Origin: a virus
Taxonomy: Duplodnaviria; Caudoviricetes
DNA: 59,436 nt
Reading direction: 5' to 3' (one strand)
Virus record (IMG/VR): IMGVR_UViG_3300027265_000045
Span: 1-59,436 of that record
Part shown: positions 20,390-29,085 of the stretch, piece after piece
Position numbering within the stretch: the stretch's first letter is position 1
Layout: each line of letters begins with the position of its first letter
Made by a program: the position numbers and the translations under genes
Notes under the pieces: model-generated
Told to the model about the DNA's origin: nothing
Databases searched by the model: none
What the model saw: the letters and a program-made list of their open reading frames with translations, nothing else

Positions 20390-20665
20390 TTAATCAATTT
20401 CGTTATCAAAGATGTTGTAGGCCAGCAAAATGCTATGACCATCAGAAAACACTTCAAAATAGAATAGCCCTGTACGCACAAAGTGGTACTGGCATGGATT
20501 GAATTCTCCGCAACGGAAATACGTTCCCCAGGGCAGGCTGCTACCCTTGAAGCTGCTAACGTAAAATAGTGGATTTCGGATGGCTCTCAGCAGACGGCTG
20601 ACGAACGAGTGTTTGTAATTGGCAGGGACCAGGTTAACCTGCACGCTTGTTGTTTTTTGCAACAT
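20390..20665 (-). CDS. Hypothetical leader protein upstream of the antirepressor
   Basis: Likely start MLQKTT, preceded by GGAGG. Confidence 0.45.
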   Translation of the reverse strand: MLQKTTSVQVNLVPANYKHSFVSRLLRAIRNPLFYVSSFKGSSLPWGTYFRCGEFNPCQYHFVRTGLFYFEVFSDGHSILLAYNIFDNEID

Positions 20666-20843
20666 GATGTTTCCTCCATGAGAAAACCCCCGTAACAGCG
20701 CCTCCAGAAGCCCGCCAAGGCTCCCTGTCCGTTGCCGGACAAACGTGTTACGAGGGTTTCCCCTATAAAGGTAAATGTGAGTTTTGTAATCATTGGTGGC
20801 GGCTTTTTGGAGTAGCAATTCGGTAATTACCGTTTTGATGCTG

Positions 20844-20851
20844 CAAATATA
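20844..20851 (-). promoter_or_regulatory. Host-type Bacteroidota -7 promoter element
   Basis: TATATTTG fits TAnnTTTG, with TTTG motifs upstream. Confidence 0.55.
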
Positions 20852-20890
20852 TGCCAACAAATAACAAATACAACAATGAACGTGAAATAA

Positions 20891-21277
20891 TTAGTTTTCC
20901 GATCCATTAAATGGTCGCTTGAGTAGAAAGTGATAGACGTTTGTATTTCCCATAGTAATAGTGTAAGCATTAACAAACTCCCATCCATATCCATTCATGT
21001 AGTTGAGCGCATCAACCATTGACTCTAAAGTAATTGGTTGCCCTTTTTCGTCAACCAATCTCATTCGGCTCATCCATTTCCTTTCTTGCCCAAAATCAAC
21101 ATCAATTGTTACCTTCTGGCTGAATAACTTTGACGTACCAACTATCAAGCAATACTCTTCTGTTCGATTAAAGTCCCCTTCCTTTATTGCTGAAACGGTT
21201 TGCCCGGTCTTTACCTGTTGGGCGAATGATGTACAATACATAAATGTTACAAGTAATAAAATAAATAATTTCTTCAT
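20891..21277 (-). CDS. Exported protein (moron)
   Basis: Signal peptide MKKLFILLL; MVDALNYMNGYGWEFVNAY motif; AT-rich. Confidence 0.65.
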   Translation of the reverse strand: MKKLFILLLVTFMYCTSFAQQVKTGQTVSAIKEGDFNRTEEYCLIVGTSKLFSQKVTIDVDFGQERKWMSRMRLVDEKGQPITLESMVDALNYMNGYGWEFVNAYTITMGNTNVYHFLLKRPFNGSEN

Positions 21278-21352
21278 GATATAAGGATTTATTGGTTTGT
21301 AGAACAAAGGTATAATTATTGAGCAATCAATGCATCATTAAAATGTACTATA

Positions 21353-21844
21353 TCAATCATCATCATCATCAATGGGATCATTCACTACCTTACAGTTATC
21401 AGAGTATCTAATATTAAATACTGTAATAATCTTTTCAGCAAGTTCATCAGTAATGCCCAGGCATTTGGCAGCAAAATCTATAATTTGTTTTTCTTTATCT
21501 GTTACATCTCCATCAACATATATTGATTCAACTGCTAATGTAAATATCATTGGCTTGAAATCTTCATCAATATACTTAACAGATTCCCGGATTAAAGCTT
21601 CAGACCCATATTTATGTATGGCAGTAAACGATCTTTTATAATGATAAATTATTTGTATTCCCTGAAAAAACTTAATGAATACTAATTGCCTCATCAGTAA
21701 GTCAGTTTCAATTTCTGATACATCACCATCTGCATTGATTACACCTAGTAATAATGATATCCAGGCTTCGTGCTCGGATGCTGGTACATAAACGTCAGGT
21801 GCTGGTCTCTCTGGTTGTTTAAATAGATTGTCAAATAGTCCCAT
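21353..21844 (-). CDS. TerB-family protein
   Basis: ADGDVSEIE and VDGDVTDKEKQII..AKCLGI paired TerB-like motifs; AT-rich moron. Confidence 0.75.
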   Translation of the reverse strand: MGLFDNLFKQPERPAPDVYVPASEHEAWISLLLGVINADGDVSEIETDLLMRQLVFIKFFQGIQIIYHYKRSFTAIHKYGSEALIRESVKYIDEDFKPMIFTLAVESIYVDGDVTDKEKQIIDFAAKCLGITDELAEKIITVFNIRYSDNCKVVNDPIDDDDD

Positions 21845-22033
21845 GATATAAATGTTTAATTGGTTAGGCATCTAAATTAATCAAATAGGTAATTGCTACG
21901 CACGAAAGCACCCAACGCAGTGCATTATTTAAAATCATTCTATATAAAAACATGCTGGCATATTACGTGTGGGGGTAAAATGGCAATTGCCGAACCGGTT
22001 CAGCGCGGTGCGGGGTCTCGAAGCTGAAAAAGA

Positions 22034-22084
22034 TAAAATTCCTGCGTGCTGTCAGCGTAATTTGGCTGACAATCAGGAATTTTA
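22034..22084. other. Long imperfect hairpin downstream of the type IV operon
   Basis: TAAAATTCCTG..GTCAGC-loop-GCTGAC..CAGGAATTTTA. Confidence 0.6.
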
Positions 22085-22184
22085 CTTTTTATTTAAGGGA
22101 AATGTTTGTGATGGAATAAAAATGCAATAAAAAAACAGCCGGAAGGGGCGGTTAATTAATTAATGTTCAAGGGATTTTATCAAC

Positions 22185-22511
22185 TTATAGGTTGATTTTC
22201 CGTTTTAACCGGATCGATTGATTTATCTTATGCAACTTATACCTCGATTTGTTTTTCAATCGCCATTTCTTAACTTTTATTCCTGATTTAGTTTTATCAG
22301 TAATAATAAAGGCAGCGTTTTCAACCTCGAAATTTCTGATAATATACAATTCATTCTCTGTATAGCGGCGCAGTAAAGTATAGTTGTTTCTTTCAATAAA
22401 CTCATAAATTGCCCGTATGGATCTGTTTACCAAGCGGGCAATTTCGTCAATGCTTAACAGGGTAATGTTTTCCCATACTTCCCGCTTTTCGCGTTCCGTC
22501 CACCGTCTCAT
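22185..22511 (-). CDS. HTH/Myb-like DNA-binding protein, last gene of the type IV operon
   Basis: ATGA overlap with the csf3 stop; RWTEREK and RYTENEL repeats; SIDEIARLVNRSIRAI HTH. Confidence 0.6.
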   Translation of the reverse strand: MRRWTEREKREVWENITLLSIDEIARLVNRSIRAIYEFIERNNYTLLRRYTENELYIIRNFEVENAAFIITDKTKSGIKVKKWRLKNKSRYKLHKINQSIRLKRKINL

Positions 22512-23191
22512 ATATCCGGCATTTTGCATTTAAAAATATGGCGTTGATTCCAGTAGCTGGGGCGGATGCCATAAAGGAATCCTTCGCCCTGCACAGGTAC
22601 CGGGCGCATAAGGCGGTTACCGTTTCCGCGTATGCTCCAATCTTCAGGCCAGTCGGTTACTTCCCAGCGTAGCACCGAACCCCATCCCTGCGCTGTTTTC
22701 TTTCCGATGTGCGTACAGAACCGGAGCAGGCTTTCTATTTCAGGCTTCAATCCTAACGCATACCACTCAACATATAGCGCATGACGATAATACACATCAA
22801 CGTGATAAGCCTTGTACTGCCCACGGCTGGTATCGACACGCCCTTTCTTATCCTGGATATAATCGACATACTGCAAATCAAAGCGTTTAACGTAGAAGGT
22901 TTTATCCTCGATTACAGCCGCAGGCCACTGCGCGAAAGAGCATGCATAAAACCATGCATCATTTTTAGGACCTGATTTTTTGAAAGGCAGTGTAATATTC
23001 TGCCCTTCGCGCACATTGCTTTCGCCCGGGAGGCTATATATCTTTTCGCCAATTTGCATGCGTACCAGGTGATAATACAATATGCCATCCAACGGAAGGA
23101 ACTGATCGCTGATAACACCCGCCTGCAAATAAGCGCGGATCCTGAGCGGGCGGAAATCTTTTGTTTCGGAAATAAAGTTTTGCTGATCCAT
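22508..23191 (-). CDS. csf3: Type IV CRISPR Csf3 (Cas5-like RAMP)
   Basis: PLRIRAYL..LPLDGIL N-terminus, GQYKAY, HIGKKTAQGWGSV glycine loop, IRPSYW. Confidence 0.85.
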   Translation of the reverse strand: MDQQNFISETKDFRPLRIRAYLQAGVISDQFLPLDGILYYHLVRMQIGEKIYSLPGESNVREGQNITLPFKKSGPKNDAWFYACSFAQWPAAVIEDKTFYVKRFDLQYVDYIQDKKGRVDTSRGQYKAYHVDVYYRHALYVEWYALGLKPEIESLLRFCTHIGKKTAQGWGSVLRWEVTDWPEDWSIRGNGNRLMRPVPVQGEGFLYGIRPSYWNQRHIFKCKMPDI

Positions 23192-23863
23192 TTATGTAAA
23201 GTATTTAGCGTCGGGCAATAATTTTAATAAACTATTGTATGCTGCAATATCTCTTGCTTTGAGTGATTGTATTGATTCGCTGGCAAACTTGCGGGGGATG
23301 CCTGAAGTAGTTCTTGCCTCAAATCCTTCATTTAAATATTTGCTTAATACTGGCAATCTGTTTGAAAGGCAATATGTTGCAATATCATTTGTTGACCAAT
23401 CCGACATAGGACAAATTCGATATTTACCCTCTTTCATTTTATAAAAATTACCTGCCGTTTTTAATGAAATACGGCGTCCGGCGCTTTCATCTTTCCTCAA
23501 ACCAACAAAATAAGAATCATGTTCCAGGTTGGAAGTAGCTGTTGATACGGTTCGTTTTTTTGAACCTGTTTCGAGCCATCCCAATACGGTAATTTGCCTC
23601 AAATTTATATCGCCCCACTGGGCTATAACTTCAGCATAATTATCTACCAGATCAGTTTCTATACGTCTCACAAAAATAGCCTGCACATCAGGCAATTGCT
23701 TCAATACAAGATGCAGCATCACAGCGCTATCCTTCCCGAAACTACAGGCAACATAGGGATTTTGTACCTGCTTTAACGCCCAGGCAATAAACCTTTCCGT
23801 TTTTGTTACCAGGTACCGGAACTCATGTGTTTTCGCGTACAATAAAGCGGTTCGTTCGTCCAT
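23192..23863 (-). CDS. cysH: CysH-like PAPS reductase family protein (type IV-B associated)
   Basis: VACSFGKDS PP-loop, VGLRKDESAGRR, CPMSDWS; lies between csf2 and csf3. Confidence 0.85.
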   Translation of the reverse strand: MDERTALLYAKTHEFRYLVTKTERFIAWALKQVQNPYVACSFGKDSAVMLHLVLKQLPDVQAIFVRRIETDLVDNYAEVIAQWGDINLRQITVLGWLETGSKKRTVSTATSNLEHDSYFVGLRKDESAGRRISLKTAGNFYKMKEGKYRICPMSDWSTNDIATYCLSNRLPVLSKYLNEGFEARTTSGIPRKFASESIQSLKARDIAAYNSLLKLLPDAKYFT

Positions 23864-24804
23864 TATTTCATCGAGGCTAAAAACTTACGGATACCATCCC
23901 CGTTTTGATCCAGGTGATCCTTGTATTTTGTTCCCATCTTTACATCCAGTTCGGTTCCCTGAAGGTGTACACGGCTGTCGATTTCAATCCAGTTATCGAG
24001 CTGTACGGCAATTTCGCCGTGACCGGTTGCCGATTTACCGCCTATACATGCCGATTTTGAGAACTCGATAAGGGTCGAAAGAAAGGCTTCGAACTCCACG
24101 TCGGTAACATCTTCCAGTACTATTTTCCAATAAAACTTGGTTCCGGCCGCTATGGTTTCGACATTGTACATCATTTGCTGAGGGGCTTCTTTTTTTACCG
24201 GAAGTTCGGCGCCGTGTTCATCAAGCTGCTTCGTGATCAGGCCACGGACCCGGTCGTTCTTTTCATCATCGCGACGGGTAAACATTTCGGTTTGGCAATA
24301 TTCCCAAATGCTTTCGACTGATGCCGGTTCAGGAATAAAACGTGCCGGTACCAGGTGTTTTGTTTCGCTGCAAATCGGTAATAGTTTACCGATCTTCATT
24401 TTACCCGGCATTATTACATTGCCGGCAGCTCCGCCAAACAGGCCAATAAGCGGAACCAGTTCGCGCATATCGCGGAAATGTTTAATATCCAATCCTTCGC
24501 CTCCTGTGCTTACCAGGCTTCCGCCCGAAAACAGGAAGTAAAAAGCCTGTAACGGCAATCCTTTTACTTCGCCCGATTCCTCGTTAACGCCATATCCAAG
24601 CTGTTTGAGCATACTGAACATGCCACGATCGCGCAATATGCCGCGTATGGCATTGCCGCTGATAACCGGCACACGCTCTACTTTTCCCGAGGGTTGTACA
24701 AACTTTTCGCGCCGAAGCTGGGTAACCGTTCCGTTACGTTCGCCGCCATTGTGGGTAATGCTGCTCAGGGCAGTTACAATTCCTTCTAATAAATATGTTC
24801 TCAT
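23863..24804 (-). CDS. csf2: Type IV CRISPR Csf2 (Cas7-like backbone RAMP)
   Basis: TALSSITH, VPVISGNAIRGILRD, LFSGG, LIGLFGG, FTRRDD, IGGKSATGHG G-loop. Confidence 0.9.
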   Translation of the reverse strand: MRTYLLEGIVTALSSITHNGGERNGTVTQLRREKFVQPSGKVERVPVISGNAIRGILRDRGMFSMLKQLGYGVNEESGEVKGLPLQAFYFLFSGGSLVSTGGEGLDIKHFRDMRELVPLIGLFGGAAGNVIMPGKMKIGKLLPICSETKHLVPARFIPEPASVESIWEYCQTEMFTRRDDEKNDRVRGLITKQLDEHGAELPVKKEAPQQMMYNVETIAAGTKFYWKIVLEDVTDVEFEAFLSTLIEFSKSACIGGKSATGHGEIAVQLDNWIEIDSRVHLQGTELDVKMGTKYKDHLDQNGDGIRKFLASMK

Positions 24805-25214
24805 AATTCAGGTTCGTTTAATTCGTCAATGTTTGAAGGTTCAAGAAATTCGACCGATGCTTTGTAATTGTCCTTACGATCCTGGTTCATCAGCCGGGTT
24901 ATCATTACCAGGTATGTAGTTTCGTCGCGGAGCCAGTTAAGCACATCGCTGTCAAGTCCGCACTCAACCACGGTGCGTATCAGCGCCATATACTGCGCTT
25001 CGAGCGTTACCGGGATCCGGTTTTTGAAGTTGGTAAGGAACGTCGTAAGCTTCGCCGTATATGCGGCTGAGCGTATAGCGTTTTCAAATTGTTCCCATAT
25101 TTCGCGTTTGTAACGATCCTTATATGAATCGTCAACGCATCGCCATAAAGGCCACAGAAGGTTTTCGGCAACCATCTGCTGAGTCATGCTCACTTCTTTG
25201 TGTACATCAGCCAT
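24801..25214 (-). CDS. csf4: Type IV-B small subunit (Cas11/Csf4-like)
   Basis: Small helical protein between csf1 and csf2 (IWEQFENAIRSAA, LNWLRDET); start could be 25187. Confidence 0.65.
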   Translation of the reverse strand: MADVHKEVSMTQQMVAENLLWPLWRCVDDSYKDRYKREIWEQFENAIRSAAYTAKLTTFLTNFKNRIPVTLEAQYMALIRTVVECGLDSDVLNWLRDETTYLVMITRLMNQDRKDNYKASVEFLEPSNIDELNEPEL

Positions 25215-25840
25215 GTTGTGAAATTGAATATTTGTGAATTACGGTATGATTTTATTTCATCTTCAAGCGCTTTCCATACAGGCAACCCGGCATTCATAAC
25301 CCGGTACGATAAGTAATTGCCTGATATGATTTCGCCCTGTGTAAATCCTATGCTGAGCAGTTTCATAAACCGTTCGTGCAGGAAACAGAATGTTTTTACA
25401 TCAGGCGCAATCTGCATTTCTTCCAGTTGCCACATTCCAGGCCTATGCTTGAAAAGCAGGTGTTTTTGTCCGCTGTCGGAAAGGCATATAATTTCGTCGG
25501 TACCTGCAACCAGGATACCGACTATACGCTCTTTGTCGGCCTTGGTCATAATAAACCATTTCCCATCAGCAACTACATGCGTATAGGTACGGAAACGCTG
25601 GGGTTTATCGCGCCCGATTAATTGCTGAACCAATACAGATGATTCGTCGAAGCAGAAAAGCGCCTCGTTCGAAATAATAGTTCCGGGAAGTAGTGAAGCA
25701 TGATCGGTGAAAGTATCGCGTACCCATTTCGCGAAAGGTAAACCGGTACTTTGTTTTCCGGTTATCCGGCAAATACCGGGAGTATCGCCGTAGGTGAGCT
25801 TATTCGCTCCAAGTTGATAGATTCGTTCGCAGGGGTGCAT
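25190..25840 (-). CDS. csf1: Type IV Csf1 (Cas8-like large subunit)
   Basis: CRITG remnant Zn-finger, DTFTDH, SDSGQKHLLFK motif; first gene of the RAMP operon. Confidence 0.7.
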   Translation of the reverse strand: MHPCERIYQLGANKLTYGDTPGICRITGKQSTGLPFAKWVRDTFTDHASLLPGTIISNEALFCFDESSVLVQQLIGRDKPQRFRTYTHVVADGKWFIMTKADKERIVGILVAGTDEIICLSDSGQKHLLFKHRPGMWQLEEMQIAPDVKTFCFLHERFMKLLSIGFTQGEIISGNYLSYRVMNAGLPVWKALEDEIKSYRNSQIFNFTTWLMYTKK

Positions 25841-25868
25841 TATAAAAAACTAAGGTTCGATTACTCTG

Positions 25869-25904
25869 CGAATGTAGTAACCGAACCTTTTTAACGAAAG
25901 GACA
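25869..25904 (-). promoter_or_regulatory. Putative late promoter of the type IV operon, overlapped by an inverted repeat (25852-25889)
   Basis: TGTCCTTT-N20-TACATTCG. Confidence 0.6.
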
Positions 25905-25909
25905 GATAT

Positions 25910-26260
25910 TTACTCGTCCTCGGCGAAGTCTGGAGGAAGTGTTGGTTCAATAAAATGAGGTGATTCGCGGATCATATCCCAGCACTTTTCAAATATTTCG
26001 AGAGTAGGTTTAATATCTTCGTATTGCTTTCTGTTTTCTTCGTCACCATCCTCGAGCCATTGCCACTGAATAATTTTGCTGGCGATCATGGATTCAACCT
26101 CTTTTACATCGCGTGAAAATTGTGATGAATCGCGCAAATGTATTGTTAATATATTTTCGATAAGGTGGTTGAAATTTTCACCTGGTTCCTGCTGAGCTTG
26201 TTTTTCAAGTTCTTTAACTATCCATTCCGGAAGCCGTATTGATTTAAGTTGCTTTGCCAT
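25910..26260 (-). CDS. Ribbon-helix-helix regulator
   Basis: KSIRLPEWIVKELEKQAQQE..NFNHLIENIL RHH pattern. Confidence 0.7.
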   Translation of the reverse strand: MAKQLKSIRLPEWIVKELEKQAQQEPGENFNHLIENILTIHLRDSSQFSRDVKEVESMIASKIIQWQWLEDGDEENRKQYEDIKPTLEIFEKCWDMIRESPHFIEPTLPPDFAEDE

Positions 26261-26388
26261 GTTCTGTTAGTTATAAGTATTTATAAAAATGAGCTGATCC
26301 CCACACCTGACTAGCTCTTACCCCAACCTTTTTAATTCAAACTCAATTAGCAATAATTGACTTTTCACAGGGGTTCCCGAAAAGAAAT

Positions 26389-27225
26389 TTATTTTTTTTC
26401 AACGTAACACACCCATGGATTTGTAGCCCATAGATCGAAGTGAAATATATAATTTTCAGTTTCTTCACTGGCATTGGTACCTTCAATATGTGGTACACCA
26501 GGGTATTCTGCAAATATTTTTTTCTGCTCATCTTCATCAAGTTCAACACAATCAGGTTCGCCAAAATCAGTATCTAAAACAACTGTTTTGAAGTTGTGAG
26601 AATCGTGGTAAGTCCAGGCTGTTACCTCTGTGTGAGTTTCGTTTTCTTCACGCCATTTGTTGAAAAATTCAATGACTTTATCCCATTCTGTAATTTCATC
26701 TTTCATTATTCTGTATGCCACAGATCCGGAGGGCTCGATAAGCATTTCATAAAGACTTCTGTGACTTAATTCAAGTTTATCGAGAACATCTTCATTAAAA
26801 CCAAACATTTCAGAAGCCTCGGAATAGAAGTCTGAAAAAATGCAGGAGTCGGTATTATTGAATGAATAACATCCGGCATTATTGCAATCGACCTGAACAC
26901 CATAATTGCCATAAGCCTTGCAAAAATCCATTTTTTCAAAATTGCTGCGTTTTGTAATCCGAATGCGATCTTCAGTATCAGCATCAAATGAAACGACGAT
27001 GTATTTTTCAAACAGATCTTCTACCCTGATTTCCTCTAACCAGGTATTAAATTCTGCTGTCTGATCATCGCTCAATGATGAGTCAAAATCGTTATCGAAT
27101 TCTTCATCAAATAACCAGCGGAAGAAATTTGGATCAGACTGTGATTCAGCATAAACATATTCATATAATGAAATTTCCCCGCGATTTTCATTCAATGATT
27201 TGATTTTGTTTTCTAGGTTTTTCAT
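26389..27225 (-). CDS. Highly acidic hypothetical protein
   Basis: 278 aa, D/E-rich, AT-rich DNA. Confidence 0.7.
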   Translation of the reverse strand: MKNLENKIKSLNENRGEISLYEYVYAESQSDPNFFRWLFDEEFDNDFDSSLSDDQTAEFNTWLEEIRVEDLFEKYIVVSFDADTEDRIRITKRSNFEKMDFCKAYGNYGVQVDCNNAGCYSFNNTDSCIFSDFYSEASEMFGFNEDVLDKLELSHRSLYEMLIEPSGSVAYRIMKDEITEWDKVIEFFNKWREENETHTEVTAWTYHDSHNFKTVVLDTDFGEPDCVELDEDEQKKIFAEYPGVPHIEGTNASEETENYIFHFDLWATNPWVCYVEKK

Positions 27226-27300
27226 GACTTTAAATTTTTAAAAGTTAGATTAATGAATTCCCCACGGGTGCGATTAAATGCTGTTTGTTTGATGATGTAA

Positions 27301-27322
27301 ATGTAATACAATATGTAATACA
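27301..27322. promoter_or_regulatory. Tandem ATGTAATACA repeats, candidate RHH operator
   Basis: ATGTAATACA-AT-ATGTAATACA upstream of the acidic protein-RHH pair. Confidence 0.45.
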
Positions 27323-27465
27323 CCCTACAAAATAGTGAAATTTATTTTCATTCTAAATAAGGAAGAGTTGCAAGTATGAGTGTACCCACCCCTGCCCTCC
27401 CTTTCAAAAGGGATGGGGTGGATTGTGCTGGAGGGTAGATGGTAAATGCTAGTATCTGTTTTTAT

Positions 27466-29085
27466 TTATAACCATCCTGATCCGCCATTAGTACCAGATG
27501 AAATATTATTGTAGGGATAAAAGAACATGCCGAGGAGTAAAGTATCGAAACCATCGGTACCATCGGTGCGATGCTCAAGGAGATCTTCCTCGGTTTCGGC
27601 AAGTTTTTCGCCTGATTTATCTTTCTCGAAGCCTTTGGGCCCCACTTTTACGCCGCAATGTTCGAGGGCCAGCTTGAGGGCTTCGTTGTTGGGGGCGTTG
27701 ATCATGGGCATAAGGTATTTCTGGCCTTTCATAGCCTGGTCGAGGATGATGTATTTTTCGCGGTGCTTAATGGGATTGCCCATGTGCATACGGGTAACGG
27801 ACCAGCCTTTTTTTGTGAACTGGTCGCAGATGGCTGAGGCAAAATCATCTTCGTTTAAAGCATAGTTGGAGCCGATGGCGGTGGTATCGAAATAGTAAAT
27901 TACTTCCCGGGTTAAATGTGTACGGTAATAGTCGCAGAAATCATCAACCAGCTCCCGTAGCTTGCGCTGGTATTTTACATAAAAGCTTTTCAATACCATT
28001 GCTTTAATGCCTTGCTGCTGGCCACAAACGAGCCAGTTGATATTGGCATTGTAGTCGAATGCTACACAGATGGGCCGGGTAAGATCCACATCCGCATCAT
28101 GGGCGCAGGATTGCTGCTGTGCTTTTTCGAAATCGTAATCGAGGTTTTGAAGGAATGAATTGTCGAAAGCTGTGTAAAAGTGGACGGTTTCCTTTAATGC
28201 CGGGTAAAAACCATCTTTGAGTTTCCCGGGACGAATGCAAAGGATGGAAGTTTGGAAAACCAGTGGCGGAAGATCCCGTTTCATCTGGGCAATATACTTT
28301 TTGCCAAGTAATTCAATATTTTCGATGCTTGACCACTCGCGGTAATACACGGCAATACTGCGGAACTGGGTAAGGCGCAGGGTGTGCTCTTTGAGTTTGC
28401 GGATATTCCATTCCGTTCGTGGTTGCTGCTTTAACCGGTAGATTTCGCAAATAAGCCATTTTATCTGATCGATCAGCTTCGGATCCATAAGTTTCTTGTA
28501 ACCGAGGAACCACGATCCTTTTTTACTGGTTGGCATATCGCTGGTGAACAGCATGGAGTTTAACCAGGGCGAATTGCGCCACGGACCTTTGTACCCGCCA
28601 TTAGCCGGAAAGGTTTCGTCCTTTAGTTTGTCGAAATCGAGAAACTTGGCTTCGTCGCCTAACAGGTACTGAAGTGTAAGTGAGTTGGAGCTGCCTGGTA
28701 TATCCTGACTTATGAGATACTGAACAGATCCGTTGTACCAGCTTACCACATGATCGTAACTGATGGGTTTTATAACGGGCTCCTTGAATCCGGCAGCTTT
28801 GGGAGGTTTGCGGCCGATAAAGAAATGAATATTGCGGTAATAGCCCATATCCTCCAAAGATTTGAGCGAACCGGGCAGTGTACGCGATAAAAGCTGCTGA
28901 AAGGTACTTCCTATTATTCCGCCACCTGATTGTGGCATATGCTGCACATTACGCAGCAACCAGGGCGCAATAATGCCGTGAGTCTTACCCAGGCGCCGAC
29001 CGGCCACAATAACCGAAGTATGAGCGGCAATATACCGGAATTCGAGCTGCGGCTTATTGTAGTATATCTTCTTCGTTTCGGTCAT
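27466..29085 (-). CDS. terL: Terminase large subunit
   Basis: AGRRLGKT Walker A, LLGDEAKF Walker B, AFDYNANINW nuclease motif, TDGTDGFD. Confidence 0.88.
   Translation of the reverse strand: MTETKKIYYNKPQLEFRYIAAHTSVIVAGRRLGKTHGIIAPWLLRNVQHMPQSGGGIIGSTFQQLLSRTLPGSLKSLEDMGYYRNIHFFIGRKPPKAAGFKEPVIKPISYDHVVSWYNGSVQYLISQDIPGSSNSLTLQYLLGDEAKFLDFDKLKDETFPANGGYKGPWRNSPWLNSMLFTSDMPTSKKGSWFLGYKKLMDPKLIDQIKWLICEIYRLKQQPRTEWNIRKLKEHTLRLTQFRSIAVYYREWSSIENIELLGKKYIAQMKRDLPPLVFQTSILCIRPGKLKDGFYPALKETVHFYTAFDNSFLQNLDYDFEKAQQQSCAHDADVDLTRPICVAFDYNANINWLVCGQQQGIKAMVLKSFYVKYQRKLRELVDDFCDYYRTHLTREVIYYFDTTAIGSNYALNEDDFASAICDQFTKKGWSVTRMHMGNPIKHREKYIILDQAMKGQKYLMPMINAPNNEALKLALEHCGVKVGPKGFEKDKSGEKLAETEEDLLEHRTDGTDGFDTLLLGMFFYPYNNISSGTNGGSGWL

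Noticed and set aside
27340-27358. Fur-box-like site ATTTATTTTCATTCTAAAT
   Set aside because: Only a partial palindrome in very AT-rich DNA; cannot be distinguished from chance without a matrix scan.
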